Positions 10,813-21,137 of a stretch of DNA of 32,000 nt are shown here, piece by piece. How positions within the stretch are numbered: position 1 is the first letter of the stretch; the number at the start of each line of letters is the position of its first letter. The notes beneath the pieces are model-generated. The model saw only the letters and a program-made list of their open reading frames with translations. It was not told the DNA's origin and did not search any database. The stretch is from Candidatus Saccharimonadota bacterium (GTDB taxonomy: Bacteria; Bacillota_I; Bacilli_A; Mycoplasmatales; Hepatoplasmataceae), in contig AP027133.1 of NCBI GenBank assembly GCA_027925325.1, positions 120,001 through 152,000 of the forward strand. The letters run 5' to 3'. The position numbers and the translations under genes are program-made.

Positions 10813-12189
10813 ATGCAAAAAGAAATAAAAATTAAATTAATTGATGAAAAAAATTTGAAATTTACTTTACTTGAAAGAGGAGATATCGGTGATATTATTA
10901 ATTTAAAAACTTTAAATAATATCGATCTTTCAGAAATTAAAGATAAATTTAAAATTATAAAAGAAAAAGAGACTAAAGAAATTATTGAAGATAAATTAAA
11001 TCAACAAAAAAAAGAAATTAATTTAGATTATCAAAATAAAATAATTAATTTAGAGCAAAAATATCATGATCAAATAGCAAAAATAAAGACAGAAAAAAGG
11101 GAAATAGAATTAAATTTTGATGCAAAAGTAATTGAAAAAGTTAGTACAATTGAACAAAATTTAAAGGAAAAAATAAATTTACGAGAAGATCAAATTAGAT
11201 CAGAAAAAAATAAGCAGATTGAAAAATTAAATCAAGAAAAACTAGAAAAAGATCGATTACTAAATGATCTTTCAATTGAGTTAAATAATTATAGTAAAGA
11301 ATCTGAATTTAAATTAAATAAAGCTTTATATGAAAAAGATCAAGAGATATCAAAAATGGAGATGAAAAGCTTTGATTTAATTAAAGAATTAGAAATTGAA
11401 AATAAACAATTAAAAGAAGAAGTTGATAATTTAAAAAGAGTAAAACCACAAAATATTAAATTAATTGGGAATGATCTTGAAAATTGAATTGATCAAAGAT
11501 TACAAGAAGAATTTTCTTGAAATGATAAGATTCTTATTAAAAAAGAACCAGATCCGATTAATGGACAAAAACCAGATTTTATGATTACGATAAAAAATGG
11601 GATAACAGAAGCAAAAATTGTAATTGAAGCTAAAACAGAATTATTAACAAGCGAAAATAAAAAAACAAATCGTAGTCATTTAGAAAAATTAGAAAATTAC
11701 CGTACTAGATCATCTAGTGATTATGCTATCTTAGTTTCAGAATTAGAGAGCAATCATGATTTTATCGTATATAAAGATAGTAAATATAAAAATATCTTTA
11801 TTGTTCGCCCATATGCCCTTGTTTCCTTGCTTCAATTTATGATTAATTTATTAATTGTAAATGATAAAATTCTTGCTTTAAATTTAGAATTTGAAGATAA
11901 GCAAAAAATTATGCAAGAATGAGAATCATTTTTAAATAACATCGATAAAACATTTGTAAATATAAAAAGCAATCTTGAAAAAATCTTAAAGGAAAAAAAT
12001 AAATTATTAGATGTGGCTCAAAAAATTGATGAAAGCGCTAATAAAATTTTAAATTCTCATCTATCAGCACTTGAAAATAAATTAAAAAGTTTTTCACTTG
12101 AAAAGAAGATCGTAAATAAAATTGAAGAATTAGATAAAATAGAAAATTTAAAAAATAATTTTAAACAGCAAAAAGAAATTCAACTTTAA
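10813..12189 (+). CDS. DUF2130-like protein: N-terminal coiled coil plus C-terminal PD-ExK nuclease-like core
   Basis: ATG at 10813 lies 6 nt after a GGAGGAG RBS; the track start at 10798 is less likely. ORFs 10798..11487 and 11581..11922 plus the tail share one frame and join through three TGAs to TAA at 12187-12189, giving 458 aa. The core reads GNDLENWIDQRLQEEFSWNDKILIKKEPDPINGQKPDFMITI...AKIVIEAKTE...HLEKLENYRTRSSSDYAILVSE. This follows the DUF2130 pattern as I recall it (GE.LE...L...F..D.I..V..G..G.D........I..E.K......W..KL......D.AILV). Confidence 0.7.
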
Positions 12190-12192
12190 AAT

Positions 12193-13131
12193 TTAATTTG
12201 TCGGATTAGCAACAAGCATTTCGAAATTACCCTCTAGGGTAATTTTTTCTAATTCATCGTAAGTAATGATAAAAGTTTGAAAAGGTTTAACTTCAATTTG
12301 ATTGATTTTACCTTTTCCTTTAATTATTGTAACGACTAAAAAATTTCTTTCATCTTTATTTAATTTAATTACACTATTTCCAAAAATATGTCATTTTTGT
12401 AAATTAAAGATTTTATTATTAATTAATTGTAAAATCTTTAAATTTAAAAAATTGACTTCACTTTTATAATTTAAATTTTCTAAATTATTGTTTTTTATTA
12501 CTTTGATGCTTTTTTCAAGATCTAATTTCCGATTTTTTCCATCTTGATCGAAACGGTCATAATCATAGATTCTATAGGTGATATCAGAAGGTTGTTGAAT
12601 TTCATAAACAAATGTTCCTTTTCTAATTGCATGAACGGTACCAGGTTTAATATCAAAAACATTACCAATTTTAACTTTTTTAATATTAATTATTTTTTCT
12701 CAATTATCTTTATTTATTTTTTTTAATTGACTTAAATTATTATCTTTTAATCCGATAATAATTTCATGATTATTCTTTAAATCTAAGATATATCAAGCTT
12801 CACTTTTTCCATAGGGATAATTTTCTAATTGTTGTGCTTCCTTATTATTAGGATGAACCTGAATTGAAAGATCATCATTTGCATCTAAAAATTTAATTAA
12901 AAGCGGAAATTCTTCCTCTTTATAATTATTGAATAATTTTTTATTTTGCTTATAAAAAGAATTAAGATCAATTTTTTGATTTTGTTTCAAAACAATTGCT
13001 TCGTTATCTTTAATTCCTGATGCAATTCAAGCTTCTCCGATTTTTTTATCTGTTTTAAGATCAAAAATTTCCTTAATTTTTTCTCCTCCCCAAATTTTTT
13101 CAACAAAATGGGGTTTTAATTTTAAAATCAT
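12193..13131 (-). CDS. manA: mannose-6-phosphate isomerase, class I
   Basis: I checked the minus frame triplet by triplet and it is open apart from four TGA(Trp) codons, giving 312 aa. It reads MILKLKPHFVEKIWGGEKIKEIF...EAWIASG...FPLLIKFLDANDDLSIQVHPNNKEA...GKSEAWYIL...KPGTVHAIRKGTFVYEIQQPSDITYRIYDYDR. These are the cupin/zinc-ligand motifs (QVHP, E, H) of type I PMI. The track shows only the 65-aa piece 12793..12990. Confidence 0.88.
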
Positions 13132-13205
13132 ATAAATTCCTACTTTTTAAAAAATTATAAATATTTTTAAATATATATTTAAAATAATTTATCATAAATA
13201 TAAGT

Positions 13206-13222
13206 AATACTTGGCAAGTATT
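13206..13222. promoter_or_regulatory. 17-bp perfect palindrome AATACTTG-G-CAAGTATT in the manA/PTS divergent intergenic region (candidate operator)
   Basis: Read directly from the sequence: 8-bp arms around a single central G. It lies 28 nt upstream of the PTS ATG and 75 nt upstream of the manA ATG. Confidence 0.4.
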
Positions 13223-13249
13223 TAAATTTGAAAGGTAAAATGCTATTTT

Positions 13250-15898
13250 ATGAGTGAAAATAAGATTGCCTTTGAAAAGTTAATTGTTGATAGTGATTTT
13301 GATTCTAGAGAAGAAATTCTAAAAGAAATTGCAAGTCTTTTAAAAACAAATAATTTTATTAAGGATGATCAAAACGCTTACCAAAATCTTTTAGCAAGAG
13401 AAGAGCAAATTTCAACCGGAGTAGGAAATGGGATTGCGATTCCTCATGCTGAATTAAAAGATCTTTTAGAACCTAAAATTGTTGTAATTAGAACAAAAAA
13501 AAGTATTGATTGAAAAGCAATCGATAATAAAGCTGTAAATTTAATTATTTCAATTTTAGTTCCTACAAAAGATCGAGAGAAACATTTTGAAATATTAACA
13601 AAATTATCAAGTTCGCTTGTCGAAGCAAAAAATATTGAAAAATTTAAAAAAGCACCAGCAAAAGAACTGGTTGATTATATAGAAAATAATATTTTAAAAG
13701 AAGAAGAGTCTCAATCAAAATTAGATAAAGAAGATAAAACAGTAAACAGTGGGAATAATAAAGAAATATTTATCGTAGGAATTACAACTTGTCCTACAGG
13801 GGTTGCTCATACTTTCATGGCTGCTAAGGCCTTAGAAGAAGAAGCGCCTAAACATAATATTAGATTGAGAATTGAAAAACAAGGTCAAATGACCAAGGAT
13901 CAACTTAAAGCAAATGAGATTGCAGAAGCTGATTATGTTTTACTCGCAATTGGAAAAGGTATCGACGAACCAGAAAGATTTAATGGTAAAAAGATATATC
14001 AAGTTCCGATTGGGAAAGCTTTAATTGAACCTGGTAAGGTATTAGAAGATACAATCAAAAATGCACGGATAAAAGTTCAAGATGGGGGAGGTAAAAATAA
14101 CTCTGATGAGCAAACAGAAGTAAGAGCATTAGGAGAGAAAAAAAGTTTTAATGAAGGACCGATTCGACATTTACTTTCAGGAATCTCATATATGATTCCT
14201 TTTATCGCCTTCGCAGGAATTTTATTAGGATTAACAACCGCTTTTGGATATTCGACAGGATATGTGGATGCTGATGGAATAATTGATCCTAACTATATTC
14301 CCGGACCTGATGATGTAGAACAGTTTGCTCCTAAAGGTTACGCTGCCCTTGCGATAAGTAATCTGGCATCGATGGGATTTACGTTATTTGTACCAATTTT
14401 AGGAGGATTTATTGGGGTCTCGATTGCGGGAAGAAAAGCACTTGCGCCTTCAATGATGCTTTCACTTGTTTTAAATGATGCTAGTGGAACTAGTGTATTT
14501 AATTATCAAGAAGGAAGATTTGGTGGATTTGATCCAAATGAAAATCCTGTTGCTTTAGGATTTTTTGGAGCGATTGCCGCCGGATATCTTGTTGGTTATG
14601 CCATTTTATGATTTACAAAATATACTGATAAAGTCCAAAATCAAGCATTTCAAACGATTCTTCCACTTATAATAATTCCTTTAGTATTTACGTTTGTTCC
14701 TTGGTTATTTTTTGCTTTTATCGGTTATTTACCACTTTATTGATTAAGTGTCGGCCTTAATGATCTTATAAATGTCTTGATTGATGTCAACTTATTGTGG
14801 CTGGTAGGAGCGATTTTAGGAATGATGATCTGTTTTGATCTGGGAGGACCTGTTAATAAAATGGCGATGGTAACTGCTGCTTTATTTTTAGCTCCAGGAG
14901 CAAATTATCTTCCATTATTAAATGGAGCGGCAGCAGTCTGTGTTTCAATTCCGCCGATGATTCTTGTTTGGTGTGCTTATGCTGGTCCAATTCTTGGATT
15001 TAGAATGGATGAAGATGATAAAGTTAATGCTACTAGTGCCGGAGTAATGGGATTTTTTGGAATTACAGAGGGTTCAATTCCGTTTGCCGCCAAAAATCCT
15101 AAGGTTTATATTCCTTCATTTATGGTAGCGGGATTTTTTGCAGGAATGATTGCAATTTTTACCGGAGTAGGTAATTCAGTCTCACTATTTGGCGGACCGA
15201 TAATTTATCTTGCCGGTGGAATGGGACAATCTCCCGATATCGGTGGAACTGTAATGCAAACTGATTATCTTTATGCTTTGCTTTACTTTATTCCACTTAT
15301 TGTCGGTTCATTTATCGGTTTCTTAATGGTTGGTTTATTAAATAAAATTTATTCAAGCAAAAAAAATAAATTAAGTTATGAATTAATTAACGATCTTAAA
15401 AAAGAAAAAAATAAACAAAAAAGAATTATAAAACTTAAACTTAAAGACAATAGTAAATTGCTTAAAAAAGGTAAATTAAGTAATGATCAATATCAAAATG
15501 ATTTGCAAAAATTAAATAATAATTTAGCGACAATTGATCAGACTTATCAAAAAAATATTGAGCATTTGAAAAAATATGATAAAGACTACAAAAAATATGT
15601 TGATGATCATATTGAAGAAGCAAAAAAAGATTTTCTAGCACAGAAAGCGATTCTTAAAAAAGAAATTGCAGATTATAAATTAGAGATTAAAAAAGTAAAA
15701 GGAACAAAAAAAGAAACGGCAAAAGAAAATACGACCGAATATCAAAATTTAAAAGATAAGATTAAAGATTTAAAATTAGAAAAAAGAAAACGAAAAGCTA
15801 AGATCAATGATTTACATTATCATTTACTAAATCATGATTTTGCAAGTAAGCAAAAATTAGAGTATCATAATAAATTAAAACCTTATCTTACAATTTAA
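13250..15898 (+). CDS. fruA: PTS fructose-family enzyme IIABC with a long C-terminal Lys/Glu-rich tail
   Basis: ORFs 13250..13513, 13817..14611 and 14777..15898 share a frame and join through three TGA(Trp) codons, giving 882 aa. It has the EIIA-type-2 His loop GVGNGIAIPHA, the EIIB-type-2 Cys loop VGITTCPTGVAHTFMAA and a fructose-family IIC (GGPVNK, GITEGSIPFA). The sugar could be mannose rather than fructose (see findings). Confidence 0.88.
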
Positions 15899-15908
15899 AG
15901 TCTTTTTT

Positions 15909-15940
15909 AAAAACAAATCCTAGGATTTGTTTTTTTATTT
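15909..15940 (+). terminator. rho-independent terminator after the PTS gene
   Basis: An 11-bp stem AAAAACAAATC/GATTTGTTTTT surrounds a CTAG loop (15909-15934) and is followed by a T-run. Confidence 0.75.
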
Positions 15941-16060
15941 AATTTAATAAAAGAGTAATTAAATAGGATATTTAGATAACAATTTCAAAAAGATTAAATT
16001 AAAAGACGGTTTAAAAATAAGTTATAATTTCAATTGGTACTTATATTACAGGAAAAAAAT

Positions 16061-16576
16061 ATGCAAAACAGAACAGAAAATTTTTTAAAAATAAAAAACG
16101 TAATTAATAATTACAATTTTAAAAATCCAGAAAATAAGAAAATCGCACAAGAAACTTTTGAAAAGATTTTTGATAATTTAGAAAAATTTGCTCATCAAAA
16201 AGAAGAAAAACAAGAAATTAATTTTGATAATGCAAAAAACATGATTTTAAAATTTGTTAATGGTTTTTTAAACAATTTTGTTGAAGAAAAATTAAAATCT
16301 GAACATATAAATGATTATAGAAATTTAAAATCTATTCCAGATAAGATTAATTTTTTAGCACAAAATCAATATATTTCATATAATAGTGAAATTAATGAAG
16401 GATTATATTATTTATTTGTAAAAGGAAGTTCACAAAATAAAGATACTATTAAGAAATTAATTTTAGTGACTTCAATTTATCATATATTTAATCTTCTTTG
16501 TTGATTCTTTAATATTGATCCTAAAAAAGCAAAAAAAGAATTAAATATCAAAAGATATTTTATAGACGAAAATTAA
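16061..16576 (+). CDS. hypothetical protein (orphan, soluble, helical)
   Basis: ATG at 16061 follows AGGAAA; the track TTG at 16034 is less likely. It extends through one TGA to TAA at 16574-16576, giving 171 aa. I recognise no motif. It is bracketed by two strong terminators. Confidence 0.55.
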
Positions 16577-16610
16577 TTATTAATTTAATTTATAAAAATA
16601 TTTTTTTAAT

Positions 16611-16639
16611 AAGAACATCTTACAAGATGTTCTTTTTTT
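16611..16639 (+). terminator. rho-independent terminator
   Basis: A 10-bp stem AAGAACATCT/AGATGTTCTT with a TACA loop, followed by TTTTT. Confidence 0.8.
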
Positions 16640-16721
16640 AATCTTAATTTAAATAGATAATAAAAAAAGATATAATTTATCCAATGTAATTTTAAGTTAT
16701 TTTTAGTGATAGGAAAAGAAA

Positions 16722-16958
16722 ATGTTTGGATTTAGCGGACCTGAATGATTTATCGCATTAATATTGGTGGTGGCATTTGCCCTATCTTTTTCTATCTCAT
16801 TATTATTCGATTGATCAAAGATTTTAAGATTTGAAAAGAAAGAAACAAGTATTGGGATTTTAGTTTCTGTTATTTTTTCAATTGCTCTTTCTGTTTTACT
16901 TACACTTTTTATCTTAATTTTAACAGAACCAATTTTTAATACTTTTTACAGTAATTAA
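16722..16958 (+). CDS. small two-helix membrane protein (hypothetical)
   Basis: Absent from the track because two in-frame TGAs interrupt it. ATG at 16722 follows AGGAAAAG and reads MFGFSGPEWFIALILVVAFALSFSISLLFDWSKILRFEKKETSIGILVSVIFSIALSVLLTLFILILTEPIFNTFYSN*, giving 78 aa. It has two hydrophobic segments and lies directly upstream of secA. Confidence 0.45.
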
Positions 16959-16994
16959 AGTTAATAAATTATTTATTAAATATTAGGAAGTAAT

Positions 16995-19400
16995 ATGGCA
17001 TTAAGAAAAAAGAAAACAAACAACAAAAGACAAAAACAATCAATAAAATATTATAAGATTTTACGAAAAGCGGAGACAATCGCAGAGGAAGTTATCGCAA
17101 AAGCGAATACTCTTGTTGATGATTTAAAAGCAGCTGGTTTTAAAAGAAAAACGGAACAATTTTTAAATTTGCTTGAAAATGAAAAGAAAAGCTTAGAAAG
17201 TATTTTAATTGATGTTTTTGCTGTTGGTTATCTTGCAATTAAAGAAGTATATGGGATTACCTTACATAAAGTTCAAATTATGGGAGCCTATGCATTACAT
17301 CGTGGTGATGTCGCTGAAATGAGAACAGGAGAAGGTAAAACACTTACAGCTGTTCTTCCGGCTTATTTAAATGCATTATTAAAAAAAGGGGTTCATATTG
17401 TTACCGTAAATGAATATCTATCAACTCGTGATGCTTATAATATCGGTAAAATATTTCATCTATTAGGTCTTTCAGTTGGTTCGGTCGTAAAGACACAAAC
17501 ACCTAGCGAAAAGCAAAAAGAATATTTAAAAGATATCACTTATATTACAAATTCAGAATTAGGATTTGATTATCTAAGAGATAATATGGTGATTGATTTA
17601 AGAGATAAGATGCAAAGATCATTTCATTATGCGATTGTCGATGAGGTAGATTCAATTCTTATCGATGAGGCAAGAACTCCACTTATTATTTCAGGAGGAG
17701 TAAATGTAACTGAAAAAAATTATCATGATGTTAATAATTTTATTTCCTCATTAAAGAAAGAGGATTACATTATTGATCGGGAGACAAGACAGGCTTTTCT
17801 TACCGAATCCGGTGTTTTAAAAGCAGAAGAAAACTTTAAGATTAGAAATCTTTATTCTTATCAAAATTCATTATTGGTACATTTAATCTTTAATTCTCTA
17901 CAAGCTAATTATATTTATAAATTAGATGTTGATTATACGGTAAAAGATGATCAGATTATTTTAATCGATGTTTTTACGGGAAGATTATTGGAAGGAAGAC
18001 AATTTTCAGAAGGATTAAATCAAGCGATTGAAGCAAAAGAAGATGTTACGATAAATCCTGAAACAAAAACTTTGGCTTCAATTACTTACCAAAATTTATT
18101 TCGAATGTATAAAAAATTAGCAGGAATGTCAGGAACAGCAATTACCGAAGAAGAAGAATTTTTAGATGTTTATAATATGCGTGTTTTACAGATTCCAACC
18201 GATTTACCAATTATTAGAATAGATAAGGCTGATGTAATTTATGCGACAAAAGAGGCTAAATTTAATGGAATAGTCGATAAAATTTTAAAAATTCATCAGA
18301 CTGGACAGCCAATTTTAGTTGGAACAAGAGCTGTTAGCGAATCAGAAGAATTAGGAAAATTATTGACAGCAAAAAAATTACAATTTGAAATTTTAAATGC
18401 TAAAAATCATGCACGAGAGGCCGATATTATCGCAAAAGCCGGACAAAAAGATGCGATTACGATCTCTACCAATATGGCCGGTCGAGGAACTGATATTAAA
18501 TTAGGAAAAGGGGTAAAAGAGATTGGTGGACTTTTTGTTTTAGGAACAGAAAGAAATGAAGCAAGAAGAATCGATGATCAATTACGAGGAAGATCGGGAC
18601 GACAAGGAGATATCGGTTCATCACAATTTTATCTTTCTTTAGATGATGAAGTAATGCAAAGATCGGGTCTTAAAAAATTTCAAAAATTTTTAAAATCAAT
18701 CGATAAAGATCCATTGGAAAGTAAATCAATCGCAAGATCAATTAAAGCGGCGCAAAAGAAATTAGAAGGTTTAAATTATGACTATCGAAAATCAATTGTC
18801 GAATACGATGCTGTTTTAAATTATCAACGAATAATCACTTATAATCAGCGTAATATCGTTTTAAAAACAACTGATTTTAAAAATACTATCGAACAGGTAT
18901 TGGATAATTTTTTAAAAAATTTAGTAAAAACTGATGTTGTCTTTGAAAAAAATACCTTTAGTTCAAATTTATATTTTGCAAAATTAAATCATGATTTTAA
19001 TTTAAATTTAAAAGAAGAAAAAGGATTAGGAATAGAAGAGGCACAATTGATTGCTCGTAAAATTTTATGAGAAAAATTGATTGCAAAAATTGATAATTTT
19101 AAGGAATTAAATAAATTTGATGTTAGCGATTACATAAGAAAGATTTTTTTATTTTCAATTGATATGAATTGACAGAAACAATTAGATCAATTAGATAAAT
19201 TAAAATCAGGAATTAGATATCGTCAATATGCACAAAAAAATCCGGTGCAGATTTATATTCAAGAGGCAGATAAATTATTTAATCTTTATCGAGCAGAAAT
19301 AAATGAACAAATTATTACGATGTTATTAAGTGTAAATCCATTAAATAATAATTTAAAAAATAATCAAAAGGAGACGACAAAAGATTTATTTGTTAATTAA
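16995..19400 (+). CDS. secA: preprotein translocase ATPase SecA
   Basis: ORF 16995..19070 continues through two TGA(Trp) codons to TAA at 19398-19400, giving 801 aa. It has Walker A MRTGEGKT, the DEAD-like box VDEVDSILIDEARTPLIISG, the motifs TNMAGRGTDI and RGRSGRQGD, and the tail RQYAQKNPVQIY. There is no C-terminal zinc-finger tail. Confidence 0.96.
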
Positions 19401-19418
19401 AAAAAAGGAGTAAAGAAG

Positions 19419-21068
19419 ATGACAGAAAAAAAAGAACTAAAAAAAGCTAATAGCCATCAATATGGATTATTATCGATGCTTGCGATGATAGTCGGGGTTG
19501 TTGTTGGTTCTGGTGTTTATGTTGTAAATGATGGATTATATCAGATAAGTGCAAGTGTCGGTCTTATTATAATTACTTGAATTATCATAAGTTTAGTTGT
19601 TCTTTTTATGTTAATTGCCTTTATTGAAGTCGCTTCAATTACGGCAAGAACAAAAGAAGCGGGGACGATTAATAATTGATTTCGACATCTCTGGGGAGAA
19701 AAAGGATCAAAATATATCGGTGCTTTCTTTCCGATTATTTATTTTCCAATTTTAATTTCGGTTCTTACCGTGATTGGATCTGAACAGTTATTTAATACGA
19801 TTTGAATCGATGGTGATCATCAAAAACCTTATTTGATGTTTTTGTTTGTAACGATATTTGCATATCTTTTTGCCTGTCTTTTTTATGGATTAAATGCCTT
19901 TACGCAAAAACCAGGAAAAATTTTTCAAAATACGGGAACAATTATTAAATTAATTCCGTTATTTTTGCTAATTTTTCTAGGAATTTTAGTATCTGCAAAT
20001 GCCTTTGCTCCTGCAAATGAGGCTTTTGATAGCGGTGGTAATTTTAATTTTTTCGATCCAAATGCTCCTTTTAATACCGGATGAGAAAACGGTCCTAGTG
20101 GATGGGATAGTGGACTTAGTAATTTAAAAATTATTCTTCTGATGGCACCGACAATCATGTTTTCGTTTGATGGATTTTTATTTGCGGCTTCTTTACAAAA
20201 TGAATCAAAAAAACCTTCTACTTATAAAGTAGCGGCGATTTCAGGGATCGTTTTTATCGTTTGTATTTATATCATATTGTCTCTTTTTGTCTTTGCTTTT
20301 GGTGATTCGGGCGAAAATCATGATTTTAGTGTAATTAATTGTGTATTTAATATTACCGGACAAAGATGATTATCAATTATTATCGGTGTGATGATCGTAA
20401 TTTCAGTTTATACTGGATTTTCAGCCTGTACAATCGCCCAGAACCGGATGATTGCTGATTTATCTGTAAATAACCAAATTCGTGATCAAAATGGTGATTT
20501 GATTGCTAGAAATAAAGCAAAAGTTCCGCAAAAGGCGGCGCTTTGGTCTTGGGCTTTAACAATTTTTTGATTAACTGTCCTAAGGATTTTAGATCTGGGA
20601 ATTTTGATTAGTTATGTAAATGAAGGTGATAATGTTATAAGTTCAACTTTATTTATTTCTGGATGGTCGCTTAATTTTATAACCTTACTTTCTTATAGTG
20701 TTTATGCCTTAATTATTACCGGGGCATTTAAGAATCGTTTTGATCATAAGGTTGAGGTTGAAAAAAATAAATTATTTTATCCGGCTGCAATTATTTCAAT
20801 TCTAGCAATGGGAATTGTTTTAATTGTCTTTATGATTAATTTATTTGATTATCGTACGATTTTTGATGCGAATGATAAATTAACGGTTTCGGGACTATTA
20901 TCTTATCTTATTCATATTTTGATGGTTATTTTAATTATTTCGCTTGCGATTTTAATTCCTCTTTATTTTGCAAAAGATGCTAAAAAAGCAAGTAAAGAAG
21001 AAGCAAAAAGAAAACAGAAATTAATTAAGCAATATCAACAAAATAAAGTAGATCCACGATTTTTATAA
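19419..21068 (+). CDS. APC-superfamily amino acid/polyamine permease, paralog 1
   Basis: ATG at 19419 follows AAGGAG. Five track fragments (19833, 20142, 20388 and 20604 among them) share frame 0 and join through six TGA(Trp) codons, giving 549 aa. It is polytopic, with an N-terminal GVVVGSGVYV glycine-rich APC motif. Confidence 0.85.
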
Positions 21069-21095
21069 TTATTATGTAATTAAATAAAAAATAAG

Positions 21096-21118
21096 GAATA
21101 ATGAATAATTCATTATTC
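21096..21118 (+). terminator. inverted repeat between the two permease paralogs (weak terminator or attenuator candidate)
   Basis: GAATAATGAAT-A-ATTCATTATTC, with 11-nt arms and all but two pairs A:T. The following T-tract (TTATCGCTT) is poor. Confidence 0.3.
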
Positions 21119-21137
21119 TTATCGCTTAATACTTAAT

